A DNA stretch of 64,000 nt from the NCBI GenBank assembly GCA_046482545.1, contig JAWOEX010000010.1, positions 160,001 through 224,000 of the forward strand, written 5' to 3'. The notes below the pieces were generated by a model that searched no databases, had not been told where the DNA came from, and was given only the letters and a program-made list of their open reading frames with translations. Made by a program: the position numbers and the translations under genes. The first letter of the stretch is position 1. Every line of letters starts with the position of its first letter. The DNA is from Candidatus Thorarchaeota archaeon (GTDB lineage: Archaea > Asgardarchaeota > Thorarchaeia > Thorarchaeales > Thorarchaeaceae). This document shows positions 21,320-30,920 of this stretch, in pieces.

Positions 21320-21878
21320 GATAACCCGTTTCTTACAGTTGAGTGAGTGGATCCAACTGAGGAAACTTCTGTGTTCCACCCTTCCCCTGCCAGCGTCACC
21401 GCCCCCAAGGTACCCGTAGGCCCTCGGGTCAGCAGGGGCTTTGTCCACGTTCACCGGAATAGGATTCCTCCCGCGGTCCTGGCTTCCTTCTCCTGTCGAA
21501 CTCCGGTACATCACTCCCGGCGACAGCGAGTTCTTCCACAGTTCTTACCACGGCGTGGTCATGATCACCCACCTCAGCCTTGTCGCCGTAGCTGAGGAGA
21601 TCCATCTGGACATGGTGAACAGCCGCGGACTCTCCAGGGTCTGATGGGACCCCTCGTTCGGAGAGTAAGGACTTCTGCTTAGAAGACGACGTCTTCCTCA
21701 CAGCCTTCGGGGCTGGGCGCTTCTCCCGTGGGGGAGTGGCTCACCGCCCTAGTCCTACTAGACCGGACTCCCGTACTAGGCCTAATAAACTCCCCTGCTT
21801 GAGAGAGAATCGTTACAGGAAATCTTACAGATATTTTACACTTTTCCACTCGGATTTTTTACGATTTTTGTAAAATTT
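21320..21878 (-). mobile_element. Non-coding structured repeat element, copy A
   Basis: Reverse complement aligns along its length with 21898-22441; many GC-rich hairpins. Confidence 0.8.
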
Positions 21879-21897
21879 ACCCTTTCAAGACCTTTGT

Positions 21898-22441
21898 AAA
21901 TCGTACAGAATCCTAAATAAATCAGCACAGTAGAGTGTAAGATTTCATCGAGCCCTTTTCGTGACCAAAAAGGAGTTTAGTAGACAGACAACCGTACTGG
22001 ATATCAGTAGGACCAGGCAAGTGGGCTAGCGCAGAAGCGCGAAGCACGCGGCTGAAAGATGTGAGGAAGTCCTGTGATTCTAAGCGGAAGTCCTTACTCT
22101 CCACAAAGAGAGCTTCATCGAACTCAGGAGGGTCCGCGGCTGTTCACCATGTCCAGATGGACCTTCTCATCTACGCTGACAAGGCTTATTCGGGTGATTG
22201 TGACCACGCCATGGTAAGAACTGTGGGAAACGTCGTTATCGCCGGAGTGACGACCCGGGATGACGACGGGAGGATGAAGCCAAGACCGCAGGAGGAATCC
22301 CAATCCGATGAACGTGTGCAAAGCCTCTGCTTGCTCAAGGACTGAGAAGTATCTTGGGGCGGCGACCTTAGCAGGGGAAGGATGGAACACAGGAGTTTCC
22401 TCAGTTGGATTCACTCACTCAACTGTAAGAAACATGTTATC
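21898..22441 (+). mobile_element. Non-coding structured repeat element, copy B
   Basis: Shares blocks such as gtccgcggctgttcaccatgtccagatgga and gtttcctcagttgga-n-n-cactcactcaactgtaagaaac with copy A. Confidence 0.8.
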
Positions 22442-22622
22442 CGGAGCTACTTCGAATCGTGACTGGAATTCAAGTGCGTGAAGCGGTACTGCTCGCTACA
22501 TCTCGCAAGACCGAGCATATGGAGGTGCTGATGACAGTAGACTTGACTTCGCTAACTGTTGATAGGTTTGAAATTGCAAAGGATGCCAACTGCAAGATTT
22601 GCTCTTGATTAAAGATACAATC

Positions 22623-23654
22623 CTATGCTCCGAAGAAGAGTCTTCTGGCTCTCTTTCTCCGCTCATCTTCGTCTTCTTCACCTTGGGGCGGTGGTGGTGG
22701 TGGAGGTTCGGAGCGATTTTGCTTCTTAGAAGATTCGTTTTGGTCAACCTTGCCTTCTTCGTCATGGACTTCTCTCTCAACTACACTTGTTGATTCATCT
22801 GATGCTTTCTCTTCAACTGAGGAGTCGTCCAATGGACTCCGGGTCTCTTCCTTTTCGGGGGGACTATCTGATTCCTTTTCGGAGGCTCCATATGGTGAAG
22901 CTACCCTAGGAGTCAATGCATCTTCATAGTCGTCCCAGCTAAAATCATCTTCCGTTTCTTCTTCTGATTCAGGTGCCATAGTATCTTCTGATGTTTCCAT
23001 TGAGGAGGGGACTTGATCGGAAGATTCGATTTCAGTTTCGGCTTCCTCAGTGGGTTGCTCATATTCATCCTCCTCGGCAGTTGATTTCATAGATTCTGGT
23101 TCAGCAAGGTGGAACTCCTTCGTGAAATCCTTGAAGGTTTCAGGCTCTGAAGGTTCTTCATCAGTGGATACGGACTTCTCGCCTTCTACGGGTTCAGCAA
23201 CATCTGATTCTGAGACCGAAGCAGATTCTTGTGTTTCGGAATCTTCTGGGAACAAATCCATTTCTGTGTCTAATCCTTTCTCCTCACTCACAACACTTGG
23301 TGCAACTGATTCTCCAGTTGGCATTTCGAAAGAGGGTTCTTCTAGCGATGCAGAGGGTGTTTCAGTCACGCTTTCATCGGTAGGAACCTCGTCGCTGAAA
23401 CTGGGCTCTTCAACCAACTCACTGGATGATTCTACTGGAAGACCTTCTTCATCATCACGAAAGTTAATACCCAAAGCATAGCTTAAGCATTCCTCGCAGC
23501 GTTTTGCAGCTGCAATGAGACCGTCATTGATGAAATCATCGAGACTTCTGGCTCGGTCAGGGTGGCGTTGAGACCACTTGAGAAAACTGTCTACCATACG
23601 CAAAGCGTCTCGGACTCCAAGCCAATATGATTCGTCCTTTTTATGTGAAGTCAA
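22623..23654 (-). CDS. Protein with a short globular N-terminus, long acidic disordered region and C-terminal poly-Pro/basic tail
   Basis: YWLGVRDAL...CEEC; E/S-rich middle; PPPPPPP...ERRKRARRLFFGA. Confidence 0.8.
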   Translation of the reverse strand: MTSHKKDESYWLGVRDALRMVDSFLKWSQRHPDRARSLDDFINDGLIAAAKRCEECLSYALGINFRDDEEGLPVESSSELVEEPSFSDEVPTDESVTETPSASLEEPSFEMPTGESVAPSVVSEEKGLDTEMDLFPEDSETQESASVSESDVAEPVEGEKSVSTDEEPSEPETFKDFTKEFHLAEPESMKSTAEEDEYEQPTEEAETEIESSDQVPSSMETSEDTMAPESEEETEDDFSWDDYEDALTPRVASPYGASEKESDSPPEKEETRSPLDDSSVEEKASDESTSVVEREVHDEEGKVDQNESSKKQNRSEPPPPPPPQGEEDEDERRKRARRLFFGA

Positions 23655-23713
23655 CTATTGCACCATCTCCACTTTAGACATGCTTATGAAAAAAGCCTTT
23701 GTATCACTGCTTG

Positions 23714-24181
23714 CTATTTCTCGTTTCCTGCTTGATTCCGAGCATCAAGAAGACGCCCGACCAGTTCATCAAGGGCGTATGCTATTTCATTCCGCGTGAA
23801 TTCATCCACGCGGGATGACTCGCAGATGATAACCTTAACAGGTGTTTCCTTCCCGATTTCGTCTTTAATTTCGTTTCTATAGACCTCTTCAATATCTGGA
23901 TCCTTTTCAGGCATTACAATGAGCGCGGCACTTGCGCCCCTGAATGTAACACCCAGAAGAACATCTAGAGCAGAGTGTTTGGGTGACATCAGTAGCATGC
24001 GTACATCGGAATCGTCAGTCTCTACCTGTGCGCTACTGATTCTGATTCCGTCCAGAGAGATGACCTGTTCGTTTAAGACCGAAAGAACATCCATAACTAG
24101 GTCGTCATCGGGGCCGACTACTGTTATCTTGAAAGCAAAGCTTCCCTTTTCGTCGACGCTATCAATATCTTCAGATTTCAA
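23714..24181 (-). CDS. Small-GTPase-fold protein with a degenerate P-loop (start inferred at TTG 24181)
   Basis: FKITVVG followed by no GKS/T; FRGASAALIV resembles the Rab YRGAxGALLV segment. Confidence 0.65.
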   Translation of the reverse strand: MKSEDIDSVDEKGSFAFKITVVGPDDDLVMDVLSVLNEQVISLDGIRISSAQVETDDSDVRMLLMSPKHSALDVLLGVTFRGASAALIVMPEKDPDIEEVYRNEIKDEIGKETPVKVIICESSRVDEFTRNEIAYALDELVGRLLDARNQAGNEK

Positions 24182-24296
24182 TAATCGGCATCCTCTTTCA
24201 AAAACTTCACTCACTTGGAAATAAGTCTTCTCAATGCACCTTTTGCATAAGCTAACGTTGATAAAGTCATCTTGTTGGGTTGAAGAGTGAGATTGA

Positions 24297-24650
24297 ATGA
24301 AATTGACTACAAGGCAAGAAGTATTTGAAGCGCTGGAACCCGTCAAGGATCCAGAGCACCCGGTATCAGTAACGGACGAGCGCATGGGTATTGTAAAAAA
24401 AGAATATATCGAAGTTGAAGACGAGAAAATTCGAGTTGACTTCAAGCCGACTGTACCCTATTGCCCCATGGGCGGACTGATTGGAGTCCTAATTCGCAAC
24501 AGGTTGGAAGAAGTCTATCCAGATATGGATATCGAAGTCCGAGTTTTGCCAGGTTCGCATTCCCAAGAATCAGCGGTTAACGAGATGGTCAGTAATGACG
24601 AAAAATACGAGAATGTGCTAGGCCAGATGAGAAGCAGAGGAATGATTTAA
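24297..24650 (+). CDS. DUF59/MIP18 (CIA2-like) Fe-S assembly protein
   Basis: DPEHP, FKPTVPYCPMGGLIG, PGSHSQESAVN. Confidence 0.88.
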   Translation: MKLTTRQEVFEALEPVKDPEHPVSVTDERMGIVKKEYIEVEDEKIRVDFKPTVPYCPMGGLIGVLIRNRLEEVYPDMDIEVRVLPGSHSQESAVNEMVSNDEKYENVLGQMRSRGMI

Positions 24651-24704
24651 TCGTCAGGCTAAAAGAAGACAAAGAATTCACTAGGTCTTTCAGAAGAACG
24701 AGGT

Positions 24705-25079
24705 GTGATCTCTATGGAATTCCCGGAGAAGCTCGTGATAACGGGTTTCATTTTGGTGACTCTGGGAATAGCTATCCTAGGTTTACTTGGGGCAAGCGAG
24801 GGAAATGGCTTCTTTGTCGTGTTCCCATTCTTCTTCTTTGGAAGTACTGATGACACAGCAATTCTTCCGTTTATTGTCATGCTTGTCATCAATGTTTTGA
24901 TTTTTGGATTGCTTCTATGCTGGGGTAACCGTCTTTGGAAGCAAAGTCGGGAAGGGAGCGAATGTGCATTGCTAGTTGAAGGAAAATGCAGATTTTGTGG
25001 CTCTCCAATCCCAAAAGGTTCGGAATATTGCCCAAGTTGTGGGAAAGCGATTAGATATATGGATGATGAAATCGCTTGA
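24705..25079 (+). CDS. Membrane protein with C-terminal zinc ribbon
   Basis: Hydrophobic segments; CRFCG...CPSCG. Confidence 0.8.
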   Translation: MISMEFPEKLVITGFILVTLGIAILGLLGASEGNGFFVVFPFFFFGSTDDTAILPFIVMLVINVLIFGLLLCWGNRLWKQSREGSECALLVEGKCRFCGSPIPKGSEYCPSCGKAIRYMDDEIA

Positions 25080-25105
25080 AAAGAGCGACTAGGAATCGAT
25101 GAATT

Positions 25106-25570
25106 ATGCCGTACATAAGGGAAGTATCCAAAGATGACCTCGAAGCGATAAAGGAAATCGAGACATCCTGCTTTCCAGTCCCTTGGAACCCTGAGGTTTT
25201 CGATATCCTAGCACGATGGGAGGGGACAATTCCATTGAAAGGTGAGCGAATACTACACATGAAGGTCCTTGAAGACGACGGCAGATTATGCGGCTATGTG
25301 GTGTGGGAAGAAAATAGCGAAGATTCTGAAGGACACCTCATGAATATCGCGATTGCCAATGATAGCCGGGGGCGGGGATTTGGAAAGAAGCTTCTGGAAC
25401 ATGTTCTCAAATCCCTGCGAGCTAGCGGTTCTACTGAATGCTGGCTTGAGGTAAGATCAGGAAATGAGAGCGCCAGATCCCTTTATGAAAGCATGGGGAT
25501 GAGGGCAAGTGAACGCATCCCCAATTATTACGACAACGAAGACGCCATAATATACCGAATTGATCTATGA
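25106..25570 (+). CDS. rimI: RimI/Ard1-type N-acetyltransferase
   Basis: HLMNIAI, RGRGFGKKLL, LEVRSGN, YYDNEDA. Confidence 0.88.
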   Translation: MPYIREVSKDDLEAIKEIETSCFPVPWNPEVFDILARWEGTIPLKGERILHMKVLEDDGRLCGYVVWEENSEDSEGHLMNIAIANDSRGRGFGKKLLEHVLKSLRASGSTECWLEVRSGNESARSLYESMGMRASERIPNYYDNEDAIIYRIDL

Positions 25571-28500
25571 CTCTTCGCGAATCCTGTTTTCTATAATACG
25601 TGGGCCTATGACATCATGGAAAAGCTGCAGGTACGCCTTATCCTGCGACACAAGAGCTATCGGAGGGCAGCTTTTGCGGGAACCAGCTAATAGTATCTCG
25701 CAGGAATCAATAGTCGCGAGCAAAGCTGGTGATCGCGTCCGCCAAATCCGCCAGCCTTCCATCTCCTCAAGTTCATGAGGTACATCCGCAGATTCTGGTA
25801 AGACAAGGATGCGTCTTCCGGGTGCTTTCACCTTGCTCAGCACTTCGGAATCTAATGAAGCGGGATTATCAACCGACACAAGAACAGACTCTTTTGCACG
25901 CCCAATCATGCCATGCAGGTAACCCTGAATCTCTTCATCACCGGAAACATACCAAGTCTTTTCGTTTGCTGGAACACTGAGCTTCTGGCCTGCTTCTGTA
26001 AGAGTTTCTAATCCATCTATTGCAGAGGATATCACATGGGTCATTCCCTCTATCGTCGTATCAAGGGATTGCCGCAATGAGTTGACCTGCTTCTCTCGTT
26101 CAGTTTGCCAACGTTTCGACTCTTTCTCTATTGAACTGGTCAGAGCATTGACAGCCTCGTTTCTTGCTCGACGAATATTCGATTTCTTCTTGTTTGCAGC
26201 ATTGTTGGCTTCAGTCACGCATTCAGTTATCTCGGTGTTAGTTTCAGCAATGTTAGACCTCACATCTTCCATCACACGATGATTCTCCTGACTCAGTTTT
26301 GTCTTGAGTTCAAGACCCAACGACTCAAATTTTCGTGATGCATACAGATTTGTCTCAATAAGACTCTCTAGCGCCTTATCAAATACCACACCCGATTTCT
26401 TGCTGGTCTGTTCGGTAGTTTGGTCTAGCAAATCGCGGTATTCTTTTATTGCCCTGTTCTTGGACGCATTCATCTGATTTTTCTCTTCACCCAGTTTTGT
26501 AAGAACAGTATCACATTGGGAATTAGTCTTATTCACCAAGCTGGTAAAGGACTCATCCACAATATTGGAAAGTTTCTGTGGCAGGTCATCAACCGTATTT
26601 CTGCTTTCGTTCAGTTTTGTTGAGGTCGTTGCCTCAAACTCAGTAGCGTGAGATCTCAAACTCTCTTTAGTCTCTTTCAGATGTTTGGTTCCAAGAGTTT
26701 CCAACTGATCTGCATGCTCATCACCCATCTCAGAAAGGCTCTTCCCGATATCGATTGCGGTTTCGCCCAGCTGTTCTTGAGTGGATTCAATTTCACCTGT
26801 AATATTCTCTTCAAGAGAGTTCAGAGATGATAACACCTTCGTAATTGAGGAGTCAATCTGAAGACCAGCGCCAGCTAATGCCGTTGATACTTCAGTCCTT
26901 CTTTGATTCATGCTGGAAAGAATTTCCTCTCCAAGTGCTCGCCTCTCTTTGAGTCCCTCCCTCTCTGCTTTTGCTAGAGATGATTCATAAGAGTCCATCC
27001 TCTCAGAAGATTTCTTTGTCATATCGGACGTAATTATATCCAGCTGCTTGCTCGCTTCTGTTAGGAGTCGTTGGTCTGAATCAGATTGCTGGTTAATGGC
27101 GGTTGCAAGTAGATTCTGTACCCGTTTAGAGCTCCGCTCAATCTCACTTGCAGTTGCTTCTGAAAGGTTTGCAACACGTTCTTCCACGTTGATGCCTGCC
27201 TGTTCAAGGGATTCACCGAACGTTCCAGAGAGAGTCTCTAATTCCTGATTGATTTGCACTATCGGTCCATCTCTCATCTCACGTAGAGACTGGACTGACT
27301 CGTCCATTGCGCTCTCGAGCTGCTGTACTGTCTCCTTGATATTCCGACTCATTTCTTGTTTTTTGCCCTGTGTGAACTCATCGAGCTTAGTTTGGATATC
27401 TGTAGGTAATTCTCGCACGAGATCGAGTCTCTGTCCAATTTCCGAAGAGTATTCTTGCTGCAGTTTCATAGAGGTCTCTTTGAGCCCAGTCATCTCACGC
27501 TTCAACGCAGTGTTGAACTCCGTGTGTGTTGATGACACAAAATCACGCGTCTCAATGACTTGACTGGTAACCAGTCCATTGAACGTTGTTTCTAGTCCTT
27601 CTGTAAGCGTGATGAATTGCTGTGTTATCTCGTCAAGCTGGCTGTGAAACTCATCCTTGATCCCCATCGCATGATTATCTATCCTAGAGATTTGGTCTTC
27701 AATGATAGATTCAATTTCACTCCGCGCCCTGCTTACATGCGAATTCATAGCTTGAACGGTCTCAGCCAGACGCTCATCCAGTTTTTGGTTTAGAATCTCG
27801 TACAGAACCTCGACTTCATCAACGTATTCTTGAGATGAGGTTGCAAATTGAGATGTAACCTCAGATATGTGTGTATGAAGATTGGATTCAAAACGTTGAG
27901 CAGTAGTATTGATATCAGTCAAGATTGCATCATTCTTGTTAGATGCATTGGTTACAACGGTGCCGAAAGTGGAGGTTATTTCATTCTGCGTTTTCTCAGT
28001 AAGGGTTTTCAGTTCGTTTTCTCTCGTTACAAGGACTTCACCCACTTGGTTAGCAGTTTCTGAGAGGCGTGTATCTATGGCCTCGGTTGTCTCAGCAACC
28101 ATTTCTTCCAAATCATCTTCAAGTTTGGCTCTGCCAGAATCCAGATTCTGACGACTTTCTTTCAATCGTTTCCGCAAGAATGATAGTAGCGTTGTCTTGG
28201 TTTCTTCAACGAATTCTGAGAAGTTAGTTTCAACAGCTGATGAAATCTCCTTCAAGTCTGTGTATTCTTCACCAACCACCGAATCGACTTTGTCCAGATG
28301 TCCTGAAATAGTAGTTTGAAGCGCATCAATGTAGTTCTTGTCGGCACTCTCCACTTTGTCAAGCTGTGCACGCATGGATCGGGATGCTGAATCCATGTAT
28401 GTGGCTACTTCCTCTCGCCAAGCTCCAAAAGCCTCATTCATAGCTCTGCTTTCACGTAGAGTAGATTGAATCTTGTCTCTCGCCAGTTGAGCATGCTCAT

Positions 28501-29464
28501 GAGTCATAGAGCGGGTGTCTATGACCAGTTTCGACAAGGCTTCCTGTGCTTCGTCATGCGCTATGGAGATGTCTCGATCCATTTTGTCAACCGTGTCATT
28601 CAAATCAGCAGAGGCACGGTTTATCCTTTCTACTACTTCTTGAGAGAGTTGAGTAGTATCGTTCGTCAGTTGTTCGGATGTTTTCTTGCTGGCCTTGCGG
28701 ATGATGTCAGTTGATTCCGATACAGCATCGGCAACAGCTGATTCCGCAATTTCCAGCAACCTGTCTGCATCTTCTCTGAACACCTTTACGGAATCTACTG
28801 CGGATGCTTTCCGTTCCTCAAGCTCTTGCTCCAATTCAGTCGATATACGTTCTACGTCTTGCTCTATTTCTTGTTGACCTTTGTCCAGCTCTGCGTGAAG
28901 TTGGCTCATATTGTCTCCGAGAGACTCCTCCATAGTCACGTCAATTTCCGACAAAGCAGACTCCATAGAATTGGAGAATTCCTCTAGAGAAGCACGCGCG
29001 ATTTCAGAGACAGTCTCAGTTTGAGATTTTACTGCCTCGAGCATTTCATCCTCACATGAGCTCAAATCGCTTTCAATTCGCTTGCTGCTCTTCTCTGCTT
29101 GCTTAACAACTGAGCTAGCAGTCTCTGAAGTCGCTTCGATATCGGTATCAAGCGATTCGTAAGAAGATTCAGCAAAACCGTTGACATCAGTTACTAGAGT
29201 TCCAAGGCGCTCAGAGAATGTCAAACCAAGGGGAACTGGTCGATAGATTGGAACTACGCCGTCAATCTTGGTGACTAAACCTTTCTTCTGAAGGCGGTTT
29301 AAAGCTCTCTCCACCTTCGTTATTGTCTCTTCAGAGACAAGAGCAACAGCCCCAGCGGTCATATTGCCGCCTAGAAAAACTGGTATTAGGACTTTGGCCT
29401 CTAGCTCTGTTACATCCAGATTAGCCCTTAATGCGGGTATTGTTTCTGTTATGGTATTACTCAA
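25565..29464 (-). CDS. Giant TrmB-like protein: N-terminal wHTH, about 1000-aa helical rod, C-terminal TrmB/PLD-like domain
   Basis: ALNRLQKKGLV wHTH; amphipathic helical middle; TWYVSG...IGRAKESVLV...IDSCEILL. Confidence 0.75.
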   Translation of the reverse strand: MSNTITETIPALRANLDVTELEAKVLIPVFLGGNMTAGAVALVSEETITKVERALNRLQKKGLVTKIDGVVPIYRPVPLGLTFSERLGTLVTDVNGFAESSYESLDTDIEATSETASSVVKQAEKSSKRIESDLSSCEDEMLEAVKSQTETVSEIARASLEEFSNSMESALSEIDVTMEESLGDNMSQLHAELDKGQQEIEQDVERISTELEQELEERKASAVDSVKVFREDADRLLEIAESAVADAVSESTDIIRKASKKTSEQLTNDTTQLSQEVVERINRASADLNDTVDKMDRDISIAHDEAQEALSKLVIDTRSMTHEHAQLARDKIQSTLRESRAMNEAFGAWREEVATYMDSASRSMRAQLDKVESADKNYIDALQTTISGHLDKVDSVVGEEYTDLKEISSAVETNFSEFVEETKTTLLSFLRKRLKESRQNLDSGRAKLEDDLEEMVAETTEAIDTRLSETANQVGEVLVTRENELKTLTEKTQNEITSTFGTVVTNASNKNDAILTDINTTAQRFESNLHTHISEVTSQFATSSQEYVDEVEVLYEILNQKLDERLAETVQAMNSHVSRARSEIESIIEDQISRIDNHAMGIKDEFHSQLDEITQQFITLTEGLETTFNGLVTSQVIETRDFVSSTHTEFNTALKREMTGLKETSMKLQQEYSSEIGQRLDLVRELPTDIQTKLDEFTQGKKQEMSRNIKETVQQLESAMDESVQSLREMRDGPIVQINQELETLSGTFGESLEQAGINVEERVANLSEATASEIERSSKRVQNLLATAINQQSDSDQRLLTEASKQLDIITSDMTKKSSERMDSYESSLAKAEREGLKERRALGEEILSSMNQRRTEVSTALAGAGLQIDSSITKVLSSLNSLEENITGEIESTQEQLGETAIDIGKSLSEMGDEHADQLETLGTKHLKETKESLRSHATEFEATTSTKLNESRNTVDDLPQKLSNIVDESFTSLVNKTNSQCDTVLTKLGEEKNQMNASKNRAIKEYRDLLDQTTEQTSKKSGVVFDKALESLIETNLYASRKFESLGLELKTKLSQENHRVMEDVRSNIAETNTEITECVTEANNAANKKKSNIRRARNEAVNALTSSIEKESKRWQTEREKQVNSLRQSLDTTIEGMTHVISSAIDGLETLTEAGQKLSVPANEKTWYVSGDEEIQGYLHGMIGRAKESVLVSVDNPASLDSEVLSKVKAPGRRILVLPESADVPHELEEMEGWRIWRTRSPALLATIDSCEILLAGSRKSCPPIALVSQDKAYLQLFHDVIGPRIIENRIREES

Positions 29465-29515
29465 ATTGCATCCCTCTGTTATACAACGGATATGTTACAA
29501 GATTACTCTTTATCT

Positions 29516-30337
29516 TCAGTCGATTTTATTTTCTTTCAATTCTAAAGCGAGATCGAAAACCCGCTTCAAGACATGCACCTCTATTGGAGAACAACCTGAA
29601 CCCGTCATAACCTCGACCGATATTTTAATCGAGTCTCTTGACGAGTTCACTTGAAAAGCTTCAAAGCTTGCCGGAATACTTTTTCGGAGTAAATCAACCT
29701 CCTTCTTGCTATACGCTCCCTCTGCTGCTATGGTTAAAATCCACCAGTTTAGAGTCATATCATCGATATTCGATTTCAAGCCAAAATGATCTGAAAGAAC
29801 AGAAGTATAGAGATTAAAAGTCTCAAAATCATCGATCTTATAGTGCGAGGGGTTTAGTATGACTAGGCTTCTTGAGTAATCAAAGTGGAATAGCAGGTCA
29901 TCACCAGCAACCAGCATAAGGTTGTTCTCTTGAGCTTCTGTGAATTTGCCCCACATTCTCCGGAATCTACTAGTGAAGTGCTTGATAGAGCTAACACGTA
30001 GGGTATCCAGAAAATCTTGAATAGGTAAACGTCTATCAGTCATTCGTTTACCTTTTCGCTCCAATATGTATCTTCGTACCTCATCGAGATACTGACGGTA
30101 GCAGAAACCCGGTAAATCTTGGGGGTCTACCCCTAAATCAATGAGCAGATTCAGAAAGCTACGGTCTTTGCAAGCGGGTCGTACGGTGCAAGTCAATCGA
30201 TCCTCTTGACAAGCAAGGCACTTCTCTTCAAACAGCTCCAAGAATTCCTTAGCAAGTACCTCATCAACTGCAGTATCAAGGATTTCAATCCTTTCTGCTA
30301 GCTTTTTGCTTTCTTTCTCTAAGGCTTTGTCGCTCAT
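29516..30337 (-). CDS. Hypothetical protein with CxxC-x6-C-x5-C...C cluster
   Basis: CLACQEDRLTCTVRPAC...GFC. Confidence 0.8.
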   Translation of the reverse strand: MSDKALEKESKKLAERIEILDTAVDEVLAKEFLELFEEKCLACQEDRLTCTVRPACKDRSFLNLLIDLGVDPQDLPGFCYRQYLDEVRRYILERKGKRMTDRRLPIQDFLDTLRVSSIKHFTSRFRRMWGKFTEAQENNLMLVAGDDLLFHFDYSRSLVILNPSHYKIDDFETFNLYTSVLSDHFGLKSNIDDMTLNWWILTIAAEGAYSKKEVDLLRKSIPASFEAFQVNSSRDSIKISVEVMTGSGCSPIEVHVLKRVFDLALELKENKID

Positions 30338-30453
30338 AATGTGGTGCCACCGAAATGAAGCCGACCCAGTGTTATGCCAAGAAGTGTCATTTACAAGGGG
30401 ATTGGTTCTCAGGAATCCAACATTAAACTATAAGAGATAAATCTATGGCCCTG

Positions 30454-30784
30454 AACGAGCCTTTTCAGCATCCAAAACTGGGAACTCAATCAGCAGTTTC
30501 CCGTCTATCCAGAAGACAGCACTCGCTGGAGAGCATGGTTTATCAAATTCGATTATGGAGAAACACTGCTGGGATTGGATGATACGCGGCTGAGCATCTA
30601 TGATGTCGGCCACCTGATCGAGAGCAGGCAGCTCTATGATAGTGACACCAAGAAGTTGCATTCAATGTATGTCATCTTGAACAAGGTCAAGGACTTCTCT
30701 ACCCAGGCTGACCTCTCGGAGTTCCCGCTGTTTGCAGAAAAACTCAGAAAGAGCACGGAGACCAAGCAACCCTCAAACAGCTGA
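30454..30784 (+). pseudogene. 5'-truncated protein fragment next to an element end
   Basis: Open protein-like frame FSIQNWELNQQFPVYP...LDDTRLSIYDVGHLIES... with no proper start, antisense to the flanking operon. Confidence 0.4.
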
Positions 30785-30920
30785 CCGGGTGGTGGGCGTG
30801 AATGCCGGAGATCTGTTAAGCTCATGACACAACCTACAATCCCAACGTAGGTTGCTAGATTCCTGACATACGGGTAGGATATCAACTTGGTGTATGCAGG
30901 ATGGTCTATCTCCCACATGA

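Larger units (their letters stand above)
21146..22608 (+). pseudogene. ThiF/MoeB (E1-like) pseudogene, frameshifted and with its middle replaced by two repeat elements
   Basis: 5' part RYSRML.../RVAVAGTGGLG...GFGHIKI (frameshift near 21238); 3' part YPELLRIVTGIQVREAVLL...FEIAKDANCKICS* at about 22438-22608. Confidence 0.85.

Noticed and set aside
22060-22075. gtgaggaagtcc resembles the RNase P GAGGAAAGUCC motif
   Set aside because: It is not conserved in copy A, has no matching 3' P4 strand, and lies in a multicopy element inserted in a gene.
21152-22414. ORFs inside the repeat element, including VNVDKAPA...VEHR, which resembles the IS6 transposase segment INTDKAPAY...VEHR
   Set aside because: The putative catalytic Asp is Cys in copy B, frames shift between copies, and substitutions often preserve base pairing rather than amino acids. 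It is not called as a CDS, although a decayed-transposase origin is not fully excluded.
24182-24445. N-terminal extension of ORF 23714-24445
   Set aside because: It overlaps the DUF59 gene on the opposite strand and is not protein-like; the same applies to 36607-36741 and 59328-59534.
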